Part shown: positions 46,901-54,147 of the stretch, one piece after another
Numbering within the stretch: the first letter of the stretch is position 1
Layout of the letters: every line of letters begins with the position of its first letter
DNA from: a virus
Taxonomy: Duplodnaviria; Caudoviricetes
IMG/VR virus record: IMGVR_UViG_3300044636_000374
Location: 1 to 58,944 of that record
Direction: 5' to 3' (one strand)
DNA: 58,944 bases
Made by a program: the position numbers and the translations under genes
Notes under the pieces: generated by a model
Told to the model about the DNA's origin: nothing
The model's input: only the letters and a program-made list of their open reading frames with translations
Database searches by the model: none

Positions 46901-49900
46901 ATGCCCGTTTATATCCGGGCAGAGAATCCTTTCGACTACGAAAACAAAGATCACATTAACGCGCTAAAAGAAGTAGAAGCACTACTTCGGTACTCCGATA
47001 AAAGTATTAGCGACTATATAGGCGGAGTCCAAAACGGCTATTGGGAAGACATTGAGTCCAAAAGGATTCAAGATGTCATTAAGAGTCTTGGCTTTGACGG
47101 GTTTTATACCAAAGAGCTTGACAATAAAAACCTTGCGGTTTATTCGCCTAACCAAATCAAATCTGCCACCGGGAATGAGGGGACGTTTGACTTCCGCTCC
47201 CCCGACATCCGTAAGAGCCTCCGTCCTCTCCCGACCTTATCTTCTGACGTAACGGATCGGATTAAGGCTACTATCGTCCCGCGTTATCGCGCCGGGTATG
47301 TAGAACGGATCTTAGACGCTATCTCTCCCAAGCAGTTCTCTAAGTTCCGGAAAGAGTTCATAAACCGGTACGACATTCAAGCTAAGTTTGATAGAGAAGC
47401 TGCCAGACAGATAAAGCTGATGGGCGGAAAGGAACAGTTGGCAGATGCTAAAGCTGAACCTGCTGCGCTGTTCGCTGACCTCGGCGGTGGTCTAGCTGCT
47501 GCTGCTATGGGTGTTAACGATAGAAAGGGAGGTATCCCTGTCTACGTTAAGAAGTATGTAGTAGAGAAAGACTTCTTAGAGCTTAGTACACATAACACTA
47601 AAGCTGCTGCGGACGCTGCCGCTAAAAAGGTTCCCGGCGCTAAGGTCTACGAACAAGGCTATACCAAGGTGATGGATAAAGCCGAAGGGCTGCTTCCCAT
47701 CTTCCAACAGTTGGCTACCTACGCTAAACCTAAACTTGGTGAGCCGGACGCTTACAGTCAGTATCAGTTCTGGGCAGACGTTAAACGTACATCTAAGTAC
47801 ATCCTGAACCCCGGTACAGGTAAGTACGAAGAGAAGCTCTTTACGCAAGACGACATCAAGCGTGCCAACCAGATAGAAAAAGCCTTTCCGGAGTTTGTAG
47901 AGATCCAGAAGAAGTGGATCGCCTATAACAATGGTTTAGTAGATTTCATGCGAGATACCGGCGTGGTAAGTGAAGCCGGTGCTAAGGAGATGAAGAAGCA
48001 TGGAGACTACTTCCCTCTCTATAGGCACCTAGGAGAGGATGACATCCAAGGCCCACGGCTCTTTACGTCTATCGCTAACGTACAGGGACCGAAAGCAGCT
48101 AAAGGTAGTGAGTCAGAAGTCACAGACTTCTTTGAGACCATCGTAAGGAATACGCAGTCTGCCATCCAAGCAGGTATTAAGAACATCGCCGCCCGTAGAG
48201 CTACAGATCAGGCTATGCGGATCGGGGAGGTTGTTAAGCTAAACCGCCCCCAGTCTGGACCTACGGTTTACCGCGTTCTAGAAGATGGGAAAGAGACCTA
48301 CTACCAAACTAGAGACCCGATGTTTATAGAGTCTCTTAAGTCTCTCTATCAACCTGACATCCCGTTTATTGGTCTGCTATCTACTCCCGCCCGGATACTT
48401 AGGAACCTTGTCACCAAAGATCCGGCGTTCCAGCTAGCTAACATGATGCGGGATTCGTTATCCGCTTATGTCGCTTCGGGATTTAAGTTCACACCTATCG
48501 TAGCTACGTTAAAACAGTACGCTAAAGCTATCGCTGACAAGTCTCCTGAGATGAGAGAGCTTAGAAGCGCTGGCGTTATCGGTGGGTATGACTACTCTCA
48601 AGGTGTAGAGACCAGCGCCCGGAAGCTGGAAGCTGAGATACGTAAAGCCGCTAAGGCTAGAACGACGATGGAGAAGCTAACCTCTCCCGCTACGTCCCTC
48701 TGGGGTGCTTTAGAAAAGTCCTCAGAGGCTTCCGACTCAGCCACTAGGCAGGAGATCTATAAGAAGGTCTTGGAACAGACCGGGAACGAAGCAGAAGCTC
48801 TCTATCAAGCGTTGGAGATCATGAACTTCAACCGGAAGGGTAGGTCACCTATCATCCGGATCCTGACGGCTGCTGTACCGTTTATGAACGCCCGGATACA
48901 GGGTTTAGATGTTCTGTATAGGTCTGGTATGAGACCTATCAGCGGCGACGCTACTGAGGCAGAGAAGAAGCGGATGAACACCTTCTGGGTCAGAGGTATG
49001 ACCCTCATGGCTCTGTCTGGGATGTACTGGTTATTAACGCACGATGACGAAGAGTACAAAGCCCAAGAACAAGAGACCCGGGATAACTATTGGCTCTTCC
49101 CCTCGGCAGGTGTAAAGATCCCGATTCCGTTCGAGATCGGTGTGATGTTCAAAGTCATACCTGAACGGATCTTAGAGTACGCCTTCGGATCTGATACGGG
49201 CAAGGATTTCTTAAAGTCGATGGAAAGACAGGTTGTTTCTACCTTTGCCTTTAACCTTATCCCGCAGACTTTTCTTCCTGCGTATGAAGTAAAAACAAAC
49301 TATTCGTTCTTCACTCAAAGACCTGTCATCTCTCCGGGGATGGAGAACATCTCCCCCGAGTATCAAGTCGGGCCTAATACGTCTAAGGTTTCAGGAGCGA
49401 TTGGGCAGGCTCTGAACATCTCCCCGATCAAGCTGGATTACCTTATTCAGGGGTATACCGGGACGATGGGGATGTACGCCGTCAACCTGTTTGATGCGTT
49501 CTTCAGCATGAACGATGAAGCGCCGAAGGCATCTAGGCGGTTAGAGCAGATGCCGGTGCTTAGACGGTTCATGGTAGACCCGGAAGCTAGAGGTTCTATT
49601 TCTGCCTACTACGATCTTAAGAACAGCGTAGACGAGGTAGTCAGGACTTCTAACTTCTTACAACGGTCGATGGACTTCGAGAACTACGGCAAGTACATGC
49701 AAGAGAATGTACAAATGCTAGCCGTCAAGGACTATATAAATGACCTAGAGAAGACGATGAAAGAGTACCGGGAGATGAAGAACCTTGTCCGGATATCTAA
49801 CATGGACGCGGATTCTAAGAGAGATACTCTTTCGAATATCGGTAAGTTAGAACAACAACTCACCAAGAATATTCAGACTCTCAAGAAGCAGATAGCCTCT

Positions 49901-49906
49901 CAATAG
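40934..49906 (+). CDS. Giant polyvalent ejection protein: two zincin metallopeptidases, ParB-like domain, unknown domain, two ART-PolyVal-like domains, LPD38-like C-terminus
   Basis: HEVVH (43433) with downstream EFIAE; HEAIH (44081) with downstream EESIADAF; EGQHR (44819); YHGT (45761, 46571) with G(Y/F)DG and QIKSA; VPFMNARIQG...KIPIPFEIG. Confidence 0.8.
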   Translation: MDVRLPDGTVLNNVPEGTTQTEIINRLKAGGYDVVKMGLEAPKGESGFLPAAKATIQSTLGGAALLGGKLGLLSPEEAQQKFEAREAEARRIFAPTENWSDGAFTKFKELLGGSVPLMVAPIAAAGAAAALPLTGPAAVAAGLGAAGLASATQFTMSNLSRQMETAKSLDEASLGAAAVAAAPQALLDVFAFRAYPLIKQLFTSVGKEITEEAAQNLAKQGITNTVKDYAVTTGKTAGVEGLTESGQSFLERLQAGLNIADPSARAEYLDSFIGGAVLGGTLAPVGRYIERQRQVEEPLAPGQRPGESLEQTAQRLNFDIKQMTAPAEKSPFLSSTELASMAAEENGYGKLVQYAERIKQEPDSPEKQASLEAAIELRKRVVSEAETRQTPTDKPYPFAEEPEKPIYLTGTGLIDLVNTKETPKDQLVSLLEYISKTKKDPESPERDQSVEQARTLYNLLQEEAKSRGFDLPEAFTLRATDLRAAGIPRTDPVYDQVKDKDLNNPDEADFVVKTLEAAQKRATPDLYDKLEGVLDSIDRYLESRPGSGFYAQRTYPQPSGEGVAVAGRRAGQQPPAEGLAPSERGGVAPVTEPAEQPVSTTKVKPAPLTEERKAEIKALQEERKAKQEFAEKIRAVGGQNLRARRDNPQLLASAKAGNVTGITNALSRSKNPIVAEVGRKGVPAGVSVEIDPEAGESYLGRDKFTDQWIINYAKNLIALRESLDNGAEFKPFKLRKVNNEFVEEQATEPQDISTWLQFNRESLYVPLDTSRAQQLKDIKQKVDDEFTRIGEDVVRNNASAVAVTPGVMGGSYDPQSKKIKLVDYFAKDEGVVAHEVVHAQVYEAVANPTKAQAPHVKRLQKLFEDVKKVAEEKDLEFYGVTGIQEFIAEGLGNPSFQFFLNTIPYEKQSAWSKFVQTIADLLGIKNSTALLEVLTVYDQLTPAKAVKKEKPAKKSLAKVAPQVSEAKFKELEAKAAKPSEAKPPEEKVRAPELQEKIDQLQGVLSKILAKYGLKDVKINLEEGMADEGSYSGQLIKLALDLDNPVRTLRHEAIHALKELGFFTPQQWKVLTDRAQKEWIEKYLKGQKAVVDGKEMTRYDAYMQLYDGDMEAIVEESIADAFADFSKTQPPAGMMRAILNRMQNLFKAIKQAMKVGGYDTAEDVFGAVEKGELPAPPSTSVAKGAKPSLRKWYDEGTPRQQDELDNLPKINDFNGMEFIPVKGLVDSANSNYEDFELAPGVREVPLAAEFVEANKRLYAQKSKQEYISFLAQKISANQKIEPLIVALEPDGETWVVEGQHRVRALSQLGYKSFPARVVVSMEGDRKDYELPLLKREEPKTDYKKVEGQLTLFSLRAPKKLVTQRIPELQEAASKVAAGEMTPQEYGELANSPKFLGTIAPFDFIPSPASDDDAETALDKAKIARWSRVAEIDKGFEVGLRLDIPAYQNHGVWINSIHQSGEPVKYAAVAAITNAEFPDAGNKALRVAQGEAKSPFAVIKGNWKPVSLPQAVAQMKRAFQDPAWTQVGYNPLRHSYFFDRSTGNPVSTADEVIQIGPLVLAKNAVIESPETTLPSGERKYKFSLRAPKTEQFKKWFDDSKIVDDKGEPLVVYHGTKRDFSAFRSKYPDALLFFTTNPKFASNWIVGFGPKGDLREPPPGTDDEYKNIKKIESSLYSQYMKPPEDYDFDTQAGTDQFDADRAALKQALKKATGFSSSAEFESNAGNRVMPLFLSIQNPFDATKDFKVIESFLIRQGMQELVDRGYHKTGNWLVYENKPVIDKLKQLGYDGIWISEDTNGPQETIAAFYPEQIKSAIGNVGAYGQRPITAEEAKNLGMTKAEAEEAQKAGDIRFSLRAPDTPQFKSFFGQSKIVNADGSPKLMYHGTARDITEFRPKQAGAIFVTDNPKFADMFASMSAEWMAKHADQFVTAEQYKEGKASAVKQIKKDYASDPKFRDLLLKSLDDEAGDYRQEALKILGKQFKDMMPSGPNIMPVYIRAENPFDYENKDHINALKEVEALLRYSDKSISDYIGGVQNGYWEDIESKRIQDVIKSLGFDGFYTKELDNKNLAVYSPNQIKSATGNEGTFDFRSPDIRKSLRPLPTLSSDVTDRIKATIVPRYRAGYVERILDAISPKQFSKFRKEFINRYDIQAKFDREAARQIKLMGGKEQLADAKAEPAALFADLGGGLAAAAMGVNDRKGGIPVYVKKYVVEKDFLELSTHNTKAAADAAAKKVPGAKVYEQGYTKVMDKAEGLLPIFQQLATYAKPKLGEPDAYSQYQFWADVKRTSKYILNPGTGKYEEKLFTQDDIKRANQIEKAFPEFVEIQKKWIAYNNGLVDFMRDTGVVSEAGAKEMKKHGDYFPLYRHLGEDDIQGPRLFTSIANVQGPKAAKGSESEVTDFFETIVRNTQSAIQAGIKNIAARRATDQAMRIGEVVKLNRPQSGPTVYRVLEDGKETYYQTRDPMFIESLKSLYQPDIPFIGLLSTPARILRNLVTKDPAFQLANMMRDSLSAYVASGFKFTPIVATLKQYAKAIADKSPEMRELRSAGVIGGYDYSQGVETSARKLEAEIRKAAKARTTMEKLTSPATSLWGALEKSSEASDSATRQEIYKKVLEQTGNEAEALYQALEIMNFNRKGRSPIIRILTAAVPFMNARIQGLDVLYRSGMRPISGDATEAEKKRMNTFWVRGMTLMALSGMYWLLTHDDEEYKAQEQETRDNYWLFPSAGVKIPIPFEIGVMFKVIPERILEYAFGSDTGKDFLKSMERQVVSTFAFNLIPQTFLPAYEVKTNYSFFTQRPVISPGMENISPEYQVGPNTSKVSGAIGQALNISPIKLDYLIQGYTGTMGMYAVNLFDAFFSMNDEAPKASRRLEQMPVLRRFMVDPEARGSISAYYDLKNSVDEVVRTSNFLQRSMDFENYGKYMQENVQMLAVKDYINDLEKTMKEYREMKNLVRISNMDADSKRDTLSNIGKLEQQLTKNIQTLKKQIASQ
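44984..46500 (+). repeat. In-frame dispersed direct repeat encoding FSLRAP
   Basis: TTCAGCCTCCGCGCGCCGAAAA identical at 44984-45005 and 45671-45692; TTCAGCCTCCGCGCaCCG at 46481. Confidence 0.92.
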
Positions 49907-50141
49907 TAACGTTGAGAGCGTCTAGCTCTTCCATCTTCTTAATCGCCCACATCCTTTTCTGACCGTGCAGGCCCATAAGTGGGCCTTGATGGCAGTCTTT
50001 ACACAGAGCGACTACGCAGTACTGTAGTGACTGCTTTATGTGGTGAGCGTCACTAGGTGGTGGCGCGTCACACACCGAGCAGGGAAGTTCTTTTACCCGC
50101 TGGATGTGTGCGCGTTGCTTCTGTGTGAGCTTATTGTTCAA
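49881..50141 (-). CDS. Ref/DUF968-like HNH nuclease
   Basis: LPCSVC...DAHHI...VALCKDCH. Confidence 0.75.
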   Translation of the reverse strand: MNNKLTQKQRAHIQRVKELPCSVCDAPPPSDAHHIKQSLQYCVVALCKDCHQGPLMGLHGQKRMWAIKKMEELDALNVTIERLSAS

Positions 50142-50418
50142 GCAGCATTTCCGAGAGTTTCATAACGTAGTGCTTGTACTTCTCTGCGTCTGGCGAGTCT
50201 TTCTTGCCCTGCCGCATAGCGTACTTGATCAGGTTACCTTTTAGGTAGCCTATGAACTCCTCCCGGGTCAAGACATCTTCCATTAGATGCCACGGTTGGA
50301 TCGCTAAATCCTTGTAGTGATTACCACCTGCTTGGAGGTCATCTGCCTTTTGATCGTTAGCCATTATTTCATTTATCCTCATACTGTCTCTAATAACATC
50401 GCCCAACGTCTTAGTCAT
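50131..50418 (-). CDS. DUF3310 (T7 gp1.7/SaV-like) protein
   Basis: QAGGNHYK..IQPW...GYLKGNLIKYAMRQGKK. Confidence 0.8.
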   Translation of the reverse strand: MTKTLGDVIRDSMRINEIMANDQKADDLQAGGNHYKDLAIQPWHLMEDVLTREEFIGYLKGNLIKYAMRQGKKDSPDAEKYKHYVMKLSEMLLEQ

Positions 50419-50872
50419 CGTATCCTCTCGCATTTGGATAACTTGTGGAAAACGTGCTGGTTGGCCAGACAATGTTTTGCGGTTTCTCCGGCGTTTCTAT
50501 AACCGGCTCAGCCTTTACGATAGCGTGTTTCACCAGCGGCCAGATAACCTGAGAGCCTACGCGTTTCTTCTCAACAAGGTTCGCCCGCTGAAGAGCGGCC
50601 AAGTGTCTTGCAGCGGCAGACTTTGAAATAGCAAACTGCTGCGCAATCGCAGAACTCCTGACAGGTTTTTGTAGCGTCTTAATATAAGACAACACTCTTT
50701 GTGTCTTCTCCGTTAGATCCGGGTTCTCATAAATCTTCAGCGGCTCAATCTCTAAAGATTCTTTCGCATAAAGTGGAATCCACGAATCGGGAAGGTCTTT
50801 CCCATCGAAACGAATTCGGCCACTTGCTTTGTGTATCCATACTACTGGTTTCATACTAGGTTTGACCTCCAA
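50411..50872 (-). CDS. Winged-HTH protein
   Basis: VRSSAIAQQFAISKSAAARHLAALQRANLV; ends SYPNARGYDD. Confidence 0.7.
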   Translation of the reverse strand: MEVKPSMKPVVWIHKASGRIRFDGKDLPDSWIPLYAKESLEIEPLKIYENPDLTEKTQRVLSYIKTLQKPVRSSAIAQQFAISKSAAARHLAALQRANLVEKKRVGSQVIWPLVKHAIVKAEPVIETPEKPQNIVWPTSTFSTSYPNARGYDD

Positions 50873-51162
50873 AGAGTTACAACCATTCCGTGGACTTTTC
50901 TACTATCTGCCCGGACCCAAGACTCTACATCTACCAGCCTTTCTTTCCTCGCCCGTAGGGCAATAGCTCCCCACGCCCGTGGATCAGGCGGAGCTGGCAG
51001 ATCAGGGTTAGCGTTTCTTACTTGCTCTGTAGTAAAGACGTTATGCGTCTTAGCATGATTCTTAAACGCATCAAACGCTAGTTCTTTCCACGTTTCTCCG
51101 GCGTTAGAACCTGCTACTTCCGCCATCCTATGTCCTAGCTCCAGTCCTTCATGCTTAATCAT
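50851..51162 (-). CDS. Hypothetical protein
   Basis: FTTEQVR...PDPRAWGA motif; AGGAG RBS. Confidence 0.7.
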   Translation of the reverse strand: MIKHEGLELGHRMAEVAGSNAGETWKELAFDAFKNHAKTHNVFTTEQVRNANPDLPAPPDPRAWGAIALRARKERLVDVESWVRADSRKVHGMVVTLWRSNLV

Positions 51163-51364
51163 TTTTACTCCTTAGCTTTGCCTCTATTTGATCAAACAGT
51201 TTTCTTGTGTAGCCCTTAATTGGTGTATCACCCCACGGGCCGATGATCTCTTTGATCTCCTCATCCGTCAGCCCTACCCACTTCACAACCTCTACCGGGT
51301 CTTTATCTACTCTGTCGTCAAAACATGAACATCCTCGTTCCCAACACTCTTTGCTAACCAGCAT
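51155..51364 (-). CDS. Hypothetical protein (WVGLTDEEI...IEAKL module)
   Basis: Motif shared with 51989-52360. Confidence 0.6.
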   Translation of the reverse strand: MLVSKECWERGCSCFDDRVDKDPVEVVKWVGLTDEEIKEIIGPWGDTPIKGYTRKLFDQIEAKLRSKND

Positions 51365-51992
51365 GATCCCTCTCCTTGATGTCATAAAACCAATCATCAC
51401 CCGACGCCCATTTCCGGGTGCCGTCCACAGTCCAAACGGTTTTGGCTGCTTGAAAGTCTGGGAATTTTGTCTCGGCAGGAATCAAACTTTGGTCGTACCA
51501 CAAACATCGGTTGTTGGGTTGGCAGGCAAACTGCCCGTTCTCCAGTTGAATAAAATTAAAACTTTTATGTTCTTCCGCTTGTTCTGTGAATGTTGTGTCT
51601 AGATCTTGCCCGTCAGCGCAGAAGTCGGCAGTAAACAGATAGCGCCCGAAATGCCATTGTCTGTCTTTACCAAGAAACTTCACCCCGAGATTGCGTAAAC
51701 CGATCTTCTCAACTACAGTGAATCGGTAACCCATACAATCCCAGAGTTGCAGGGTATCAATCGGCAGATCACCGTGATCTGGTTTCCAGACATAAGCATG
51801 AAGCGGCAGCTTGTCATACAACGCGCCGTATGCCGGGAGTAAAGATTCAATACGAAATACTTGACCTCGCAATGCTTTAAGACTCACCCAGATTGCAGGT
51901 TCCAGTTCTCCGTGTCCCCTCTCAAAGTTGTAGAGAAACTCCCGTTTGACAAAACATTTCAGCGGCGGCAGCGACGCAATGAGATAACTCAT
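51354..51992 (-). CDS. Hypothetical protein
   Basis: 212-aa ORF; GALYDKLPLHA, LQLWDC, EHKSFN, QPNNR motifs; AGGAG RBS. Confidence 0.8.
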   Translation of the reverse strand: MSYLIASLPPLKCFVKREFLYNFERGHGELEPAIWVSLKALRGQVFRIESLLPAYGALYDKLPLHAYVWKPDHGDLPIDTLQLWDCMGYRFTVVEKIGLRNLGVKFLGKDRQWHFGRYLFTADFCADGQDLDTTFTEQAEEHKSFNFIQLENGQFACQPNNRCLWYDQSLIPAETKFPDFQAAKTVWTVDGTRKWASGDDWFYDIKERDHAG

Positions 51993-52360
51993 CCGTTCTG
52001 CTCCTTTAGCTTTGCATCGATCATATAAACCAACGCTTGCCAGTTGGTTCTATCGCCGAAAGTCGCTCGATTAACCAGAGCGCGTGCTTCGTCGTCCGTC
52101 AGTTCGACCCATTCGCGCGGTGCGGTGTAAAGCGGCAACGCGCGCTGCGGCTCGGCGAAGTCTGTCGGGTTATCTGTAACACACACTGACTTACCGTCAA
52201 GCCCATAGACCATCCACGCCACCGGCTCTTGCTTCTCAGCCTGCTCGATGGCAGCGCGGAGGGCGGCGATGGCGGCGTCAAGGTGCGGCACCGGGCCGTC
52301 CTGCCACTCGCGCTCAATGCCCAACACTTCCAGCGCCTGCTTCATAACTGCAATGCTCAT
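51989..52360 (-). CDS. Mosaic hypothetical protein (EPVAW, PLYTAP, WVELTD modules)
   Basis: Short modules typical of phage accessory genes. Confidence 0.7.
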   Translation of the reverse strand: MSIAVMKQALEVLGIEREWQDGPVPHLDAAIAALRAAIEQAEKQEPVAWMVYGLDGKSVCVTDNPTDFAEPQRALPLYTAPREWVELTDDEARALVNRATFGDRTNWQALVYMIDAKLKEQNG

Positions 52361-52488
52361 CTCCGCCTCCACAAAAACCGCAACGTCAGACCATCAACGA
52401 AGTTTTGTTTGAACCTTGTTTCAGGTGCCCATGCGACGTAGCCGGTGATGATGCCGACTGCGTAGCCGATGAAGAAGGCTTCGGTCAT
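52357..52488 (-). CDS. Small membrane protein (43 aa)
   Basis: ORF read by hand; GGAGG RBS; ATGA overlaps on both sides. Confidence 0.55.
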   Translation of the reverse strand: MTEAFFIGYAVGIITGYVAWAPETRFKQNFVDGLTLRFLWRRR

Positions 52489-52709
52489 GCCTCCTCCTTC
52501 AGCACTTTGGCTGCGTGCAAGTAGTAGTTGTGCCGATCACCTACCTGCTCGTGCAGGCGCTCTAGTATCAGGATGCATCGATCACGCTCAGCAGCAGCAA
52601 CACGCTCTACAACGCGCATCAAAAATGCCAGATCCTTTTCTGGCGTCTCCGACAGCTCCCAGAACGCTCCAGCTTCTTGAGCCATCTTCAGGATCTCGTC
52701 TCGGTTCAT
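52485..52709 (-). CDS. Hypothetical protein (MNRDEILKMAQEAG...AAAERDRC)
   Basis: N-terminus paralogous to the adjacent gene. Confidence 0.7.
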   Translation of the reverse strand: MNRDEILKMAQEAGAFWELSETPEKDLAFLMRVVERVAAAERDRCILILERLHEQVGDRHNYYLHAAKVLKEEA

Positions 52710-53137
52710 TTCTCACCTCGTGCTCGGATGCTGCGGCGTAGCATTGCATCGTCCCATCCCTTCTGGTAAGCGTTCGCTAATTCCACTTCGGAGTACACCT
52801 TGTCGTGTACGTTCGCTTTCTGCTCCAACTTCTGCCCCTTGGTTCTGATGGCGGCGGCGCAATCTTCACCGCTCAACACGCGAGCGGGGCCGTAGCTCTC
52901 ACACAACTGAGCACACGCCTCACGCTCGGCCTTGACTTCCTCCCGTATCGCCACACAGGAAGGACGCTGGCACTCATCGTGGCAGGTGTGGATACCGTCG
53001 TAGTACAGATGCTGTTCGATGAGAGCGGCAAAGCGTTCAATTTCGGTAATTCCCCAGCGGTGCGGCTCTGTCCATCCATCTCCACTTCGCAACAGTCCAG
53101 CCTCCCGCGCCATGCGGATAATGTCGTTTCGGTTCAA
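52706..53137 (-). CDS. Hypothetical protein (MNRNDIIRMAREAG...AEREACA)
   Basis: TTG start with GAGG RBS. Confidence 0.7.
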   Translation of the reverse strand: MNRNDIIRMAREAGLLRSGDGWTEPHRWGITEIERFAALIEQHLYYDGIHTCHDECQRPSCVAIREEVKAEREACAQLCESYGPARVLSGEDCAAAIRTKGQKLEQKANVHDKVYSEVELANAYQKGWDDAMLRRSIRARGEK

Positions 53138-53149
53138 AATAACCCCTCC

Positions 53150-53434
53150 TCAATCGTCATAACCTCGGATGTGCGGGTACGAGTTTTGGATAGGTCGTTG
53201 GATGACAGGACTGGGTGTTCGTGAGACAGGAGAACTTTCGGGAACGGCCACTGGACGCCCCCAGTAAACGTGCTTGGACTTCTTTGTTTTTCTGACTTTT
53301 CCTTCTTCATGGAGCCTCCTAAGATGATCGGTCGCTGTACGGACACTGATTAGAAAATGATGAGCAACTACCGCAGCTTCTACTGGTCGTTTACGTTCGT
53401 TGATGAACTCACAGATGCGTTCTTTTGATGCCAT
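53150..53434 (-). CDS. Winged-HTH protein
   Basis: VEAAVVAHHFLISVRTATDHLRRLHEEGKV; ends SYPHIRGYDD. Confidence 0.7.
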   Translation of the reverse strand: MASKERICEFINERKRPVEAAVVAHHFLISVRTATDHLRRLHEEGKVRKTKKSKHVYWGRPVAVPESSPVSRTPSPVIQRPIQNSYPHIRGYDD

Positions 53435-53544
53435 TCGACTGCTTTCATACATACGTTAAAGATCGTCTCAAACAGAGACGGAAATGTTTCCATCGTGATG
53501 CCCTCTTCATACAAGAGCTTCACAATCTCGCCCCTTACGTCCAT
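53380..53544 (-). CDS. Small hypothetical protein (54 aa)
   Basis: ORF read by hand; GAGG upstream; fills the gap after the Cro-like gene. Confidence 0.45.
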   Translation of the reverse strand: MDVRGEIVKLLYEEGITMETFPSLFETIFNVCMKAVEWHQKNASVSSSTNVNDQ

Positions 53545-53735
53545 AAATCTGGCCTCAAGTCTTGTCTCGTAACCTCTCCCCCGGTCTGACGTTCAATCTC
53601 CATTGCCAGCTCCGCACTGGGGATCCTCCGCTTGGAGATCAACAACCCCATCCAAGTCTTCGTGATCCCGAGAGATCGGGCCAGATTTGCCTTCGATCCT
53701 CGGGGCTTGCCTTCAAAGTACATCTGTAGATCCAT
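53535..53735 (-). CDS. Cro/YdaS-like HTH regulator
   Basis: KANLARSLGIT...AMEIERQTGGEVTRQDLRPDLW; AGGAGG RBS. Confidence 0.85.
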   Translation of the reverse strand: MDLQMYFEGKPRGSKANLARSLGITKTWMGLLISKRRIPSAELAMEIERQTGGEVTRQDLRPDLWT

Positions 53736-53754
53736 GACTACCTCCTGTAACTCA

Positions 53755-53801
53755 ATGATACACGAACTGTCTTGCAATGCAAGCACAATCTATGTTAAAG
53801 T
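53755..53801. promoter_or_regulatory. Overlapping divergent sigma70 promoters
   Basis: Plus strand TTGCAA(53772)-N18-TAAAGT with TG; minus strand TTGCAT-N16-TATCAT. Confidence 0.55.
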
Positions 53802-53834
53802 TTCACTTCCCTCATGTTGAGGGGTTAGAAAGGA

Positions 53835-54020
53835 GTGTTCATGGATGACTTTGTGTACATACCGTCAGCGAAAACCGACGTAGGCAAGCGGATCCGAGAG
53901 GAGTGGGAGCGGCTAGGTCAACTAGCTCCAGACAAGGATCCTAGAGTCTTAGAGAACCGTAGAAAGGCATGGAAATATGGACAGAATGGACCAAGCAGCG
54001 TTCCATCAAATGATGCTTGA
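53835..54020 (+). CDS. Small hypothetical protein
   Basis: AAGGAG RBS; start may be ATG 53841. Confidence 0.55.
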   Translation: MFMDDFVYIPSAKTDVGKRIREEWERLGQLAPDKDPRVLENRRKAWKYGQNGPSSVPSNDA

Positions 54021-54147
54021 ACGTCTTAAAGAACTTGAAGAGGCTGTGGAACGAGCAGAAAAGGGCGAAGCCACAGAACAAGATTGGATACGAATCCGCT
54101 ATGAATGCGGCTTAGGAGCTAAGAATGCTGATCGCAAGAGCAAGTGA
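53977..54147 (+). CDS. Small hypothetical protein (56 aa)
   Basis: ORF read by hand, MDRMDQAAFHQMMLERLKELEEA... Confidence 0.55.
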   Translation: MDRMDQAAFHQMMLERLKELEEAVERAEKGEATEQDWIRIRYECGLGAKNADRKSK

